A stretch of DNA of 51,601 bases from Campylobacteraceae bacterium (GTDB lineage: Bacteria > Campylobacterota > Campylobacteria > Campylobacterales > BB28): NCBI GenBank assembly GCA_016744535.1, contig JADGEE010000007.1:1-51601 (forward strand), written 5' to 3'. The first letter of the stretch is position 1. Each line of letters opens with the position of its first letter. The notes beneath the pieces were generated by a model, which made no database searches, had not been told where the DNA came from, and saw nothing but the letters and a program-made list of their open reading frames with translations. This document shows, one piece after another, positions 1-9,970 of this stretch. The translations under genes were made by a program, and so were the position numbers.

Positions 1-293
1 TATTTAAAATATCCTAATAATCCTATATTAAAGAATATTCCAATAGTCAATAATACTTTTTTATTTATATTTTTTATCTCTTTTAAAAAAGTTGTACCTA
101 CTGCATAATTAAACACCATTGAAGATAAAATTATGGGTAAATATATTGGATTCCAATAACTATAAAAGAATAGAGATGAGAATACTAAAAATGATTTTGA
201 TGCAACTATTAATCTTTTTGAATTTAAATAAAAATATACAAAAAATGTTATAGGCAAAAAAATAAAAATAAATTCATAAGAGTTAAATAACAT
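1..293 (-). CDS. MBOAT family O-acyltransferase (AlgI/PatA/DltB-like), copy A; 5' part only, runs off the window edge
   Basis: Not in the ORF track. ATG at 293-291 overlaps the neuC stop (TAATG). Translates MLFNSYEFIFIFLPITFFVYFYLNSKRLIVASKSF..., nearly identical to the N-termini of 4533..5987 and 7020..8471 with scattered substitutions. Confidence 0.9.
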   Translation of the reverse strand, partial: MLFNSYEFIFIFLPITFFVYFYLNSKRLIVASKSFLVFSSLFFYSYWNPIYLPIILSSMVFNYAVGTTFLKEIKNINKKVLLTIGIFFNIGLLGYFK

Positions 294-1447
294 TAGTAAG
301 TATTCCTTTTATTTATTTTATCTAAATCAATTGTAGATAAAATTTTAGCTATCTTATCTCCTGCGTCTCCATAACCAAATATTTTATCTGATTTAAATTT
401 TTTATGAGATAACTGTTTGTTTATTTTATCCATAATATCGTCTCTTTCATAAGTTGAAAAAATTACATTTTTGCCATGTTCTCTTCCCTCTTGTCTATCT
501 CCTATAATTACAGCAGGAGTTCCTAAGAATGAACACTCTCTAATAAAACTACTAGAGTTTCCAACTACACAAGAGGCATTATTTATAACTTTTGCATAAA
601 CTTCAGGTGAAAAATTTTTAAAGTATTGAAAATTTTCTTGCATATTAAGTTCCCTAAATTTTCTAATACCTCCAGCAACATCGTCACTTCCAGCATCAAT
701 ATTCGGCCAAAGTATTATTTTTTGAATATCTTTTAACTCTTTTAGTGCATATAAACTCTCTGTTATCTGCTCTCTTCCCTCTCCATAACTTGTAGTAACT
801 GGATGTTGAGAGAGTAAAATATATGGTTTTTCCCAATTAGTTTGAACTCCAACCCCACTATAATTAAACATTAATTCATTATCTATATTTAAATTTTCAT
901 TCTTTAAAATATCCATCGCAGGACACCCAAAATTAAATATATATTTTGGATTTTCACCCATTTTTATTAATCTCTCTTTAGATTCTTCAGTTGATGGAAA
1001 GTGTAAGTCAGAAAGTTTTGTAATTGCGTGTCTTACTCTCTCATCAATATTACCGCTAATTTCACCACCTTGAATATGCACAAGTTTAATATTTAAGTAT
1101 GTTGTAGCAATTGCAGTTGCCATTGTTTCAAACCTATCTGCAACAGTTACAACTAAATTTGGTTTTAAATCTTCAAATACATTTGATAGTTCCATTATCC
1201 CAAGACCAGTAGACTTTGCTTGAGTAGCTAATGTCTCACCCTCAATCACATAATATAGTGACCTATTTGGAATAAACCCATCTTTTTTTAAAACTTCAAC
1301 TGCTTTACCAAATCTATCAAGCATCATAGATGCCCCAACTATAATTTGAAGTTCAACACTTTCAATTTTTTGAAGGGCTTTTAAAAGATATTTAACCCTT
1401 CCGTAATTTGCTCTACTTGCAACTACAACACATATTTTTCTCTTCAA
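293..1447 (-). CDS. neuC: Hydrolysing UDP-N-acetylglucosamine 2-epimerase (NeuC family)
   Basis: SRANYG, DRFE, HIQGGEISGNIDERVRHAITKL and GNSSS motifs; adjacent to a neuB-like gene. Confidence 0.9.
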   Translation of the reverse strand: MKRKICVVVASRANYGRVKYLLKALQKIESVELQIIVGASMMLDRFGKAVEVLKKDGFIPNRSLYYVIEGETLATQAKSTGLGIMELSNVFEDLKPNLVVTVADRFETMATAIATTYLNIKLVHIQGGEISGNIDERVRHAITKLSDLHFPSTEESKERLIKMGENPKYIFNFGCPAMDILKNENLNIDNELMFNYSGVGVQTNWEKPYILLSQHPVTTSYGEGREQITESLYALKELKDIQKIILWPNIDAGSDDVAGGIRKFRELNMQENFQYFKNFSPEVYAKVINNASCVVGNSSSFIRECSFLGTPAVIIGDRQEGREHGKNVIFSTYERDDIMDKINKQLSHKKFKSDKIFGYGDAGDKIAKILSTIDLDKINKRNTY

Positions 1448-2448
1448 TATAAATCCTCTTTATTTAAAAACTCTTGTGCTTGTTTTGAAACTTTTAATTT
1501 TTTACCTATTATATTTTTATACTCTTTTGTTGAAATACCACATCCTGCTGGTTTTTTACTCTCTAAATCTTCAAAACTGATTATATCTCCATCTTTCAAA
1601 TCTTTATTAACTGCCAAAGATTTTCCAAAAATTTTATTCATTTTAGTAAACTCTAAACTATTTTGTTTATCTATTGGATTTAAATTAGCTTCATCTATAA
1701 ATCTAATTCCCTCAACTAACTGTTTAATCTCATTAATTTCTAATGAAGAAGTTGAATCTGGACCAAACATTCTTTTATCAAAAATAGCGTGAAATTCTAT
1801 GAGTGTTGCACCTAGTGCAACAGCTGAAAGTGGTGCGTAAATTGAGCCTGTATGATCAGATAAGCCTATTTGTTTTTTATATCTCTTTTGCATCTGTCCA
1901 ATTACATTTAATCCAACTTTTTTTGCTGGTGTTGGATACATAGAGGTACATTGAAATAGAGAAATATCAACTCCAAAGCCCTCTAAAAATTTTACTGCTT
2001 CATCTAACTCTTTAAAACTACTCATTCCAGAAGATAATAAAATCTCTTTTTTAGTTTTAGCAACTTTTTCTAAAAGTAAAAAATTTTCAACATCACCTGA
2101 ACTTATTTTATATCTCTTAATTCCAATATCTTCTAATAAATTTACTGCTTCTAGAGAAAATGGTGTACTCATAAACTCTAATCCTACATCATCACAATGA
2201 GTTTTTATATCTTGCCACTGCTCTTTAGTAAACTCCATTCGCTTCCAATAATCATATCTAGTATTATCTACATAAGAGAAATTCACTCTAAATGGTTCTT
2301 CTTTGCTACTCTCTGCTTTTGCTATATGAGTTTGAAACTTTATTGCATCAACCCCTGTTTTAGATAAAGCATCAATATAAGAGTGAAGAATGCCTAAACT
2401 TCCATCGTGTGCTTGTGCTATTTCAGCTATTATAAAAGTTTTTTGCAT
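1444..2448 (-). CDS. neuB: N-acetylneuraminate/nonulosonate synthase (NeuB family) with C-terminal SAF domain
   Basis: IIAEIAQAHDG, DAIKFQTH, STPF, QCTSMYP and GLSDHT motifs plus C-terminal SAF/AFP-like region. The exact nonulosonate cannot be determined. Confidence 0.88.
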   Translation of the reverse strand: MQKTFIIAEIAQAHDGSLGILHSYIDALSKTGVDAIKFQTHIAKAESSKEEPFRVNFSYVDNTRYDYWKRMEFTKEQWQDIKTHCDDVGLEFMSTPFSLEAVNLLEDIGIKRYKISSGDVENFLLLEKVAKTKKEILLSSGMSSFKELDEAVKFLEGFGVDISLFQCTSMYPTPAKKVGLNVIGQMQKRYKKQIGLSDHTGSIYAPLSAVALGATLIEFHAIFDKRMFGPDSTSSLEINEIKQLVEGIRFIDEANLNPIDKQNSLEFTKMNKIFGKSLAVNKDLKDGDIISFEDLESKKPAGCGISTKEYKNIIGKKLKVSKQAQEFLNKEDLY

Positions 2449-2472
2449 CTCTTTCCTTTATTAAAAATTAAA

Positions 2473-3516
2473 TTATACTTCTATATAAAACTTTAAAAAT
2501 ATTTTTTGTAATTTGCTCATTTGTTCAGTATTTTTTTTAGGTATTTTCTGATTGTTAGTAACATTCTGTTTTCTAAAGGAGAGACCTCTAAAATTAACTC
2601 TTATAGTATCTCTATATTTATTATTTTTATCTTTAAAGTCATCCCAGTTAGGACCTTTATGAAAACCATTTACATCAGCAATTGCAACTGTTGCTTTTTT
2701 ACCATAAAAAGTAACCCAATCTTTTTTTGGATAAATTTTTTCTACTTCACTATCACTAACTCTTCCATAAATTTCATTAATTCCTAAATCAAAATTAGTT
2801 CTAGGAATACAAGATTTACTATCATGCCTATGAGAATTTGGAACATAAGTTAATGGTCCTCTTGTTCCATCTATATCTATTAAATGAATAAATACCTGAA
2901 CAACATCTCGTTCGTCACTATCTTTATGAAAATTACTTGCTTCGACTGGTTCATCTTGAGGAAAATTTCTCATAATAATAGAGCTATGAGATGGTATATA
3001 TCCTAAGTAATTAGATACAATTTTTAAGATACTCTCATTAAAACATACTTCTATAATTTCTGTTATATTGACTAAAGGGTCTTTTAGAGTAATATTTTGC
3101 TCAAACGCTTCAAGCTCTTCATAAGTAAAATTTTTTAGTGTAGGGATTCTTCCGTGTGAAACATTATATCCACTATCATTAATATTTAACTCTTTAAATA
3201 ATTTATTAGCTTTTTCATCTATTAAATCTATTAATTCATCATTAAAAAGATTTTCAATTACAGTATAACCTTGTTTTTTTAAGTTATCTATATGAGTCTT
3301 TTCAAATTTATTTGGTTTAAAAAGATTAATATTCTCCTCTAAAAATTTTTTATTCTCTTTATTTGCTATTTTTTTAGATAAATATCTCTCAACTCTACAT
3401 ATCACACTATATATAGAGGGAATACTTCTAATTACTTTTAAAATTGGATTAGGAGTGGATTTAGGATTATATTTTACCGCTTTTTTTAACTCTTCTTTTC
3501 TATCCTGACTTAACAT
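2473..3516 (-). CDS. Fe(II)/2-oxoglutarate dioxygenase, phytanoyl-CoA dioxygenase-like
   Basis: QGYTVIENLF, FHKD (HxD), GPLTYVPNSH, distal GFHKG His and a downstream Arg. Strong RBS (AAGGAGG) upstream. Confidence 0.75.
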   Translation of the reverse strand: MLSQDRKEELKKAVKYNPKSTPNPILKVIRSIPSIYSVICRVERYLSKKIANKENKKFLEENINLFKPNKFEKTHIDNLKKQGYTVIENLFNDELIDLIDEKANKLFKELNINDSGYNVSHGRIPTLKNFTYEELEAFEQNITLKDPLVNITEIIEVCFNESILKIVSNYLGYIPSHSSIIMRNFPQDEPVEASNFHKDSDERDVVQVFIHLIDIDGTRGPLTYVPNSHRHDSKSCIPRTNFDLGINEIYGRVSDSEVEKIYPKKDWVTFYGKKATVAIADVNGFHKGPNWDDFKDKNNKYRDTIRVNFRGLSFRKQNVTNNQKIPKKNTEQMSKLQKIFLKFYIEV

Positions 3517-3555
3517 TTTATTTCCTCCTTGTATTTTAATATACGACTATTTTTA

Positions 3556-3573
3556 ATTATACTATTATAGTAT
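3556..3573 (-). promoter_or_regulatory. Putative internal promoter: tandem TATAAT boxes within a 7-1-7 palindrome
   Basis: ATTATA on + at 3556-3561 and 3564-3569; ATACTAT-T-ATAGTAT at 3559-3573, in the widest gap (57 bp) of the locus. Confidence 0.4.
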
Positions 3574-4524
3574 TTAATATTTAATATTTAATATTTTTTT
3601 TGTTACTAAATAATCATCACTCCTATTTCTCAATAAATCAATTAAATAGGTAGTACCTTCTGTATTTATATGGTCATGATTACTAAATAGATGAATATTA
3701 TTTGAGAGATTTTTTACATAATGAAAGTCATAAAAGCCATCTATAACTGATAAAAAATCTTTAAATTGGTTTTTGTATAGATTTAAATCACAAGTTTTTA
3801 AATATGGCAAATTATAAATTGTTGTAAAATAAGTAATTTTTATACTATTTTTTTTACAAAATTCATCAACTTTAGATAGATATTTTATAGCTTTTTTAGT
3901 AGTAATAGGGATTCTCATTATGTCATTTTTACCTATAATTCCATCAAAAACTTTCTCTTTTATTTTAATAGTTTCACCATATTGTGAAATATAGTAAGTG
4001 TTATTTTTATTTAAATTACTAGTTATAGTTCTATAACTAGCTTTAATCTTATCTATATTTAAATTTGAGATACTTTGAGTGATAAAATCTTTTTTTGAGT
4101 GTAAATTTAAGTTAGCATAAACAGAGTTTTTACTATTAAAAGTGTGAGTATCAATTAAGTACCAAATCTCTTTAATATTTTTTAATTGCTTTTTATTAAC
4201 TTGTCTTATTACATTATAAACATCTACTGGATTACCATATAGTGATGATGAAAAATTCAATATATTCTCTTTAGCTAAATCACTATTAATTAATTGCGAA
4301 CGAGATGTTCCGAAAACTAATATATATTTATTATTTTTTAATTTTTCAAGAAGTTTAAATGGAAATGTATCATAAGAGGTAAAAGTTTTAAATTTATTAA
4401 ATTCAAATTTAAATAAATTAAATTCTCCATAAGGATCAATAATTAAATTTATAACTATAAATAGAGAAAAATATACTATTAAAATAATTTTAAGAAGTGA
4501 AAGTATCCATCTCTTATACAACAT
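3574..4524 (-). CDS. Membrane-anchored SGNH-like acyltransferase partner (PatB/AlgJ/DltD-like)
   Basis: N-terminal TM followed by IDPY, FGTSRS (putative catalytic Ser block) and C-terminal SNHDHIN (putative catalytic His); directly downstream of an MBOAT. Confidence 0.65.
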   Translation of the reverse strand: MLYKRWILSLLKIILIVYFSLFIVINLIIDPYGEFNLFKFEFNKFKTFTSYDTFPFKLLEKLKNNKYILVFGTSRSQLINSDLAKENILNFSSSLYGNPVDVYNVIRQVNKKQLKNIKEIWYLIDTHTFNSKNSVYANLNLHSKKDFITQSISNLNIDKIKASYRTITSNLNKNNTYYISQYGETIKIKEKVFDGIIGKNDIMRIPITTKKAIKYLSKVDEFCKKNSIKITYFTTIYNLPYLKTCDLNLYKNQFKDFLSVIDGFYDFHYVKNLSNNIHLFSNHDHINTEGTTYLIDLLRNRSDDYLVTKKILNIKY

Positions 4525-4532
4525 AACTTACC

Positions 4533-5987
4533 TTAAAAATTAAAATATAAAAAGTCTGAAAATTGGGTTAGACTCATTAAAGCATAAAATAGAGTAGATA
4601 AAACAAAAAGTTTATATATAAAATTTGGTTTAAAATTTTTAGATAAATCTATTGAGTTTTTTAAAAATATAATAATAAATGATATAGATAATATTAATAC
4701 AAAAAATTTTGATTTTTCTATCACATACCAAGCTTCAAACTCTATCCCATACTCTTTTAAAAATGATAATCTATTTTCTAAATATAAATGTATAGTTATA
4801 GTGCTAAAACCAAACATAGCCTTTAAAATATTAATAGCATCTTCAAACTCTTTTGCTCTAAAAAAGACCCAAGTTATATTAATAAAATTAAATGTTATAA
4901 ACCAAGCCAAAAATATATTCATTTTAAAATTTAATTTTTGCCAAATACGATGAATTACTAAAGCAAATCCATGTAAAAATCCCCAAAACAGAAAAGTCCA
5001 ACCAGCACCATGCCAAATTCCACCAATTAAAAATGTTATCATTAAATTATTATAAGTTTGTAAATCACCATTCCTATTACCACCTAGAGGAATATAGATA
5101 TAATCTTTTAAAAATCTACTTAAAGTTATATGCCATCTTCGCCAAAAATCTTGTATATTTAATGCTTTATATGGAGAGTTAAAGTTAATTGGTAATTTTA
5201 TATTAAAAAGTAAAGCAATTCCTATTGCCATATCTGTATATCCACTAAAATCAAAATAGAGTTGAAATGTATAACTAAGAGAAGTTGCCCAAGCTTCAAA
5301 AAGTGTTAAAGCTTCAATATTTTCAAACCCAGCATTTACCCATATAGCAAAAGTATCAGCAATTACAACTTTTTTAAATAATCCAATTGAGAATATAAAC
5401 ATACCTAAAGCTATATTTTTATAATTTTTAACTAAATTTTTTGTTTTGAAAAATTGAGGCATCATCTCTTTATGATGTACAATTGGTCCTGCTATTAATT
5501 GAGGGAAAAATGTTACAAATAGTGAATAATTTAAAAAGTCATACTCTTTAGTTTCACCTCTACAACTATCAACTAAATAGGCTATTTGCTGAAAAGTAAA
5601 AAAGCTTATCGCAAGTGGAAGAGTTAAGTTAAGTAAGCCAATTTCAGAATTAAATATAAAATTAAAATTTTCAATAAAAAAATCCATATATTTAAAATAT
5701 CCTAATAATCCTATATTAAAAAGTATTCCTATACTTAATAATACTTTTTTATTTATATTTTTTATCTCTTTTAAAAAAGTTGTACCTACTGCGTAATTAA
5801 ACACCATTGAAGATAAAATTATGGGTAAATATATTGGATTCCAATAACTATAAAAAAACAGAGAAGAGAATACTAAAAATGATTTTGATGCAACTATTAA
5901 TCTTTTTGAATTTAAATAAAAATATACAAAAAATGTTATTGGCAGAAATAAAAATATAAATTGATATGAATTAAATAACATTAACAT
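4533..5987 (-). CDS. MBOAT family O-acyltransferase, copy B
   Basis: LPLAISFFTFQQIAY, FFPQLIAGPI, DFSGYTDMAIG, FWRRWHITLS, GIWHGA (catalytic His) and C-terminal FLYFNF. True start may be 5981. Confidence 0.93.
   Translation of the reverse strand: MLMLFNSYQFIFLFLPITFFVYFYLNSKRLIVASKSFLVFSSLFFYSYWNPIYLPIILSSMVFNYAVGTTFLKEIKNINKKVLLSIGILFNIGLLGYFKYMDFFIENFNFIFNSEIGLLNLTLPLAISFFTFQQIAYLVDSCRGETKEYDFLNYSLFVTFFPQLIAGPIVHHKEMMPQFFKTKNLVKNYKNIALGMFIFSIGLFKKVVIADTFAIWVNAGFENIEALTLFEAWATSLSYTFQLYFDFSGYTDMAIGIALLFNIKLPINFNSPYKALNIQDFWRRWHITLSRFLKDYIYIPLGGNRNGDLQTYNNLMITFLIGGIWHGAGWTFLFWGFLHGFALVIHRIWQKLNFKMNIFLAWFITFNFINITWVFFRAKEFEDAINILKAMFGFSTITIHLYLENRLSFLKEYGIEFEAWYVIEKSKFFVLILSISFIIIFLKNSIDLSKNFKPNFIYKLFVLSTLFYALMSLTQFSDFLYFNF
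4831..5944. repeat. 1114-bp direct repeat, copy 1 (identical to 7321..8434)
   Basis: Line-by-line comparison at offset 2490 found no mismatch; identity breaks at 4830/7320 and 5945/8435. Confidence 0.92.
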
Positions 5988-7010
5988 CTACTCCTTAATA
6001 TAACTTTCATTACAATCACATATTTCTTTATAAATTTTCATTTTTTCATTAAAATTTTTATTATTAACGAAAAAGTTTTTATCTTCACTTAATAAAATAT
6101 TAGTAATATATTCCATACCATCTTTTGAAATATGAGTTGAATTTGTAAAAAGTTCAGCTCTATTTGAAATATTAGACATATAAGTTAAATCATAAAAACC
6201 ATCAATATTATTTAAAAATTTTTTTCGTAAAGAAATTATTAAATTATAATCCATTTTTTTAATATATTCTTGCATAAAAGTAGATGTAAAATATACTATT
6301 TCTATTCCATTGTCTTGAGAAAACTTATCTATTTTTGATAAATATTTAACAATAGAAGTTGAAAACTCTTGTCCATTTTTTATAATTGTTTTACTTTGCC
6401 TTGCGATATCTTTTAAATTATTATTAGCATTTGTAATATCTTTTGTTTGATAGATAGCATAACCATTTTCACTAACATAATGATTAAAATTTAAGGATAT
6501 ATTTTTAAAAACCATTTCAATAGATGAAAATAATTTATCTATTGAAAAAAGCTTTAAATAGTTATAAATAAACTCATAATTAGAGTTTAAATCTATTTTA
6601 AACCTATTATTATATGTTGAATCCTTATCATTAAAACATTGAGAATCAATCAAATAATATATTTTATTTATATTTTTTATCTGTTTTTTAGATAAAGTAT
6701 TTAAAAAATTTAAAATACTAATAGGGTGACCATATATAGGATATAAATTTAAAACTTTATCATTTAATAAATCTGTATCTATTTTTCTAGACCTTGAAGT
6801 TCCAAAAACTAGAGTATATTTATCATCTTTTAATTTTTCAAATAAAATCTTTGTTGTTAATTTTGTCTGTTTAAATTTGTAATTGTTAATTCCATCTATT
6901 TTAATTAAATTAGTTTCATAATATGGGTCTAAAATAATTACTATTAAAAATATAAAAAAAGTTAAAAGAGATGAAAAAATAAAAAAGTTATATACAAATT
7001 TTTTTCTCAT
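5988..7010 (-). CDS. Membrane-anchored SGNH-like acyltransferase partner, divergent paralog of 3574..4524
   Basis: N-terminal TM followed by LDPY, YTLVFGTSRS, YGHP, IDGFYD and FTNSTHIS; lies between the two complete MBOATs. Confidence 0.65.
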   Translation of the reverse strand: MRKKFVYNFFIFSSLLTFFIFLIVIILDPYYETNLIKIDGINNYKFKQTKLTTKILFEKLKDDKYTLVFGTSRSRKIDTDLLNDKVLNLYPIYGHPISILNFLNTLSKKQIKNINKIYYLIDSQCFNDKDSTYNNRFKIDLNSNYEFIYNYLKLFSIDKLFSSIEMVFKNISLNFNHYVSENGYAIYQTKDITNANNNLKDIARQSKTIIKNGQEFSTSIVKYLSKIDKFSQDNGIEIVYFTSTFMQEYIKKMDYNLIISLRKKFLNNIDGFYDLTYMSNISNRAELFTNSTHISKDGMEYITNILLSEDKNFFVNNKNFNEKMKIYKEICDCNESYIKE

Positions 7011-7019
7011 TTGCTAATC

Positions 7020-8471
7020 CTAAAAATTAAAATATAGAAATTCACTATATTTTTTAAGTTCAAAAACTGCATATAAAAACATAAAAGCAATTATAAAAGC
7101 TTTTTTTCTTTCTGATACATTATATTCAATAAAATACTTTTTACTTGGTAAAAATATAAGAATAAATCCTAAAATAATCCAAATAATTATAATATGAAAG
7201 TTTCCAAATACTTGTCCAAATCCTCTAAATACTATACCATATTCTTGTAAAAACGATAGTTGAGATTCAAATGAGATAGGAAAAGATATAGTTGTTAAGC
7301 CTAGCATTGCTTTTAAAACTTTAATAGCATCTTCAAACTCTTTTGCTCTAAAAAAGACCCAAGTTATATTAATAAAATTAAATGTTATAAACCAAGCCAA
7401 AAATATATTCATTTTAAAATTTAATTTTTGCCAAATACGATGAATTACTAAAGCAAATCCATGTAAAAATCCCCAAAACAGAAAAGTCCAACCAGCACCA
7501 TGCCAAATTCCACCAATTAAAAATGTTATCATTAAATTATTATAAGTTTGTAAATCACCATTCCTATTACCACCTAGAGGAATATAGATATAATCTTTTA
7601 AAAATCTACTTAAAGTTATATGCCATCTTCGCCAAAAATCTTGTATATTTAATGCTTTATATGGAGAGTTAAAGTTAATTGGTAATTTTATATTAAAAAG
7701 TAAAGCAATTCCTATTGCCATATCTGTATATCCACTAAAATCAAAATAGAGTTGAAATGTATAACTAAGAGAAGTTGCCCAAGCTTCAAAAAGTGTTAAA
7801 GCTTCAATATTTTCAAACCCAGCATTTACCCATATAGCAAAAGTATCAGCAATTACAACTTTTTTAAATAATCCAATTGAGAATATAAACATACCTAAAG
7901 CTATATTTTTATAATTTTTAACTAAATTTTTTGTTTTGAAAAATTGAGGCATCATCTCTTTATGATGTACAATTGGTCCTGCTATTAATTGAGGGAAAAA
8001 TGTTACAAATAGTGAATAATTTAAAAAGTCATACTCTTTAGTTTCACCTCTACAACTATCAACTAAATAGGCTATTTGCTGAAAAGTAAAAAAGCTTATC
8101 GCAAGTGGAAGAGTTAAGTTAAGTAAGCCAATTTCAGAATTAAATATAAAATTAAAATTTTCAATAAAAAAATCCATATATTTAAAATATCCTAATAATC
8201 CTATATTAAAAAGTATTCCTATACTTAATAATACTTTTTTATTTATATTTTTTATCTCTTTTAAAAAAGTTGTACCTACTGCGTAATTAAACACCATTGA
8301 AGATAAAATTATGGGTAAATATATTGGATTCCAATAACTATAAAAAAACAGAGAAGAGAATACTAAAAATGATTTTGATGCAACTATTAATCTTTTTGAA
8401 TTTAAATAAAAATATACAAAAAATGTTATTGGCAAAAATAAAAATATAAATTCATAAGAGTTAAATAACAA
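7020..8471 (-). CDS. MBOAT family O-acyltransferase, copy C
   Basis: Same motifs as copy B; TTG start; different C-terminal ~95 aa but the same terminal FLYFNF. Confidence 0.93.
   Translation of the reverse strand: MLFNSYEFIFLFLPITFFVYFYLNSKRLIVASKSFLVFSSLFFYSYWNPIYLPIILSSMVFNYAVGTTFLKEIKNINKKVLLSIGILFNIGLLGYFKYMDFFIENFNFIFNSEIGLLNLTLPLAISFFTFQQIAYLVDSCRGETKEYDFLNYSLFVTFFPQLIAGPIVHHKEMMPQFFKTKNLVKNYKNIALGMFIFSIGLFKKVVIADTFAIWVNAGFENIEALTLFEAWATSLSYTFQLYFDFSGYTDMAIGIALLFNIKLPINFNSPYKALNIQDFWRRWHITLSRFLKDYIYIPLGGNRNGDLQTYNNLMITFLIGGIWHGAGWTFLFWGFLHGFALVIHRIWQKLNFKMNIFLAWFITFNFINITWVFFRAKEFEDAIKVLKAMLGLTTISFPISFESQLSFLQEYGIVFRGFGQVFGNFHIIIIWIILGFILIFLPSKKYFIEYNVSERKKAFIIAFMFLYAVFELKKYSEFLYFNF
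7321..8434. repeat. 1114-bp direct repeat, copy 2 (identical to 4831..5944)
   Basis: Direct sequence comparison. Confidence 0.92.
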
Positions 8472-8473
8472 AT

Positions 8474-9970
8474 TTAAGCTCTTATCAAAAATAGTTTAAA
8501 TAGTTTAAAAATTAATGCAATAAAATTATATTCTAAATTAGATTCAAATAAAGTTATCTTTTTTTCATCTTTTTTTAATACTTTTTTATTATTAACTTCA
8601 AGATAAGTAACTTTTTTATCATTTAAATTATCTAACTCATCAACTTTTATAACTCTTATACCATTAAATTTAGTATTATTTGAGTGATAATTATTATAAT
8701 CTAAAATGCAAATACCGGTGATATTAATCTCTTTTAAAAGAAGCATATTTTTAAAAAGATATACAATAAATTTACCATCTCCAATTAAAACTACATCTTT
8801 ACCTATGGCATTTTTCAATTTAGTTGATATTCTCTTTCTTAAATATATATTCATAATTTTTTGTACATATTTTCTTATATAGTGATAAAAAGTATTATAT
8901 GTTCTAAAAAAGTAGAGTTTTTTTAGGCTATTTTGAATAAATTTTAATTCACTATCCATTTTATTTTTATCAATATCTACAGAATAGGTATAATCAAAAA
9001 GACTATTAACTCTATATGGAAAATAAGTTGTAAAGAATTTTAAATATAATAAAAACTTATTATTTACTGGTTTAAAATTTTTATTTAACTTCTTATAATC
9101 TGTATAACTATCACTTTTTATCTCAAAATCTAAAGCACAACCTTCACTTAAATTAGACATACAAGCCATATTATCACTATTTTTAAAGCTTCTATCTACT
9201 AAACTCCAGTAATCAGAGGCATAACACTCTATAAGATCTTTATTTGAATCTGTAAATTTTTTTGGATTAATTGCACCATAAAGAGTATTAAAAGCTTTTA
9301 TATGAATATTTTGACTATCATTAAATTTGTAATTATAGCCTTTCCAATTACTTGGTATACCTACCTTTAAAGAGTAAAAATAATCATTATATGCCCTAAT
9401 ATTATCTATTTTATTAAATATTAAATTTTCATCTATGTAACCATCTTTTTCAAGTATATTAAAAAAATATGATTCTATATTTTCATCATGTGATATTCTA
9501 AGAGGATGATATATTATTAAATCTTTACCTTTCATAATAAAAGATAATATATTAGATAAAAAATATTTTGAATATAAAAGTTCAGGAAGTATTAATATAT
9601 TATATGAATTATTTTCATAACTTTTTTTTAAACTATGTTTTAGTGATTGGTGAAAGATATGGTTACTTTTTGACATATTAGGACTATATATATTAAAACA
9701 ATCCAATATATTTATACTATCTTTTAAAAGCTCTTCGTCAAAAATTATATTATCAAAAAAATTAGTTAATTCGTTAAATTTATTTAAGTTTTTTAAATAA
9801 TTTTTAGCATCGTTATCTGTATAAATAGCAAATTCTGTATAGAAATTATCTTTTAAAATTAATTTAGCTTCTTCTGTAAATAGAGATTTAATAGCAAAAT
9901 TTAAAAATAGTTCTGTATATTTTTCACCCCAAACAACAACTGTAAATCTTAATGAAATTTTCTCTTTCAC
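8474..9970 (-). CDS. Hypothetical glycan-locus protein (possible glycosyltransferase-like N-terminus, Rossmann-like C-terminal segment)
   Basis: 498-aa ORF coupled by a GTGA overlap; FTVVVWGEKY start and VVLIGDGK segment. Function not recognised. Confidence 0.55.
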   Translation of the reverse strand: MKEKISLRFTVVVWGEKYTELFLNFAIKSLFTEEAKLILKDNFYTEFAIYTDNDAKNYLKNLNKFNELTNFFDNIIFDEELLKDSINILDCFNIYSPNMSKSNHIFHQSLKHSLKKSYENNSYNILILPELLYSKYFLSNILSFIMKGKDLIIYHPLRISHDENIESYFFNILEKDGYIDENLIFNKIDNIRAYNDYFYSLKVGIPSNWKGYNYKFNDSQNIHIKAFNTLYGAINPKKFTDSNKDLIECYASDYWSLVDRSFKNSDNMACMSNLSEGCALDFEIKSDSYTDYKKLNKNFKPVNNKFLLYLKFFTTYFPYRVNSLFDYTYSVDIDKNKMDSELKFIQNSLKKLYFFRTYNTFYHYIRKYVQKIMNIYLRKRISTKLKNAIGKDVVLIGDGKFIVYLFKNMLLLKEINITGICILDYNNYHSNNTKFNGIRVIKVDELDNLNDKKVTYLEVNNKKVLKKDEKKITLFESNLEYNFIALIFKLFKLFLIRA

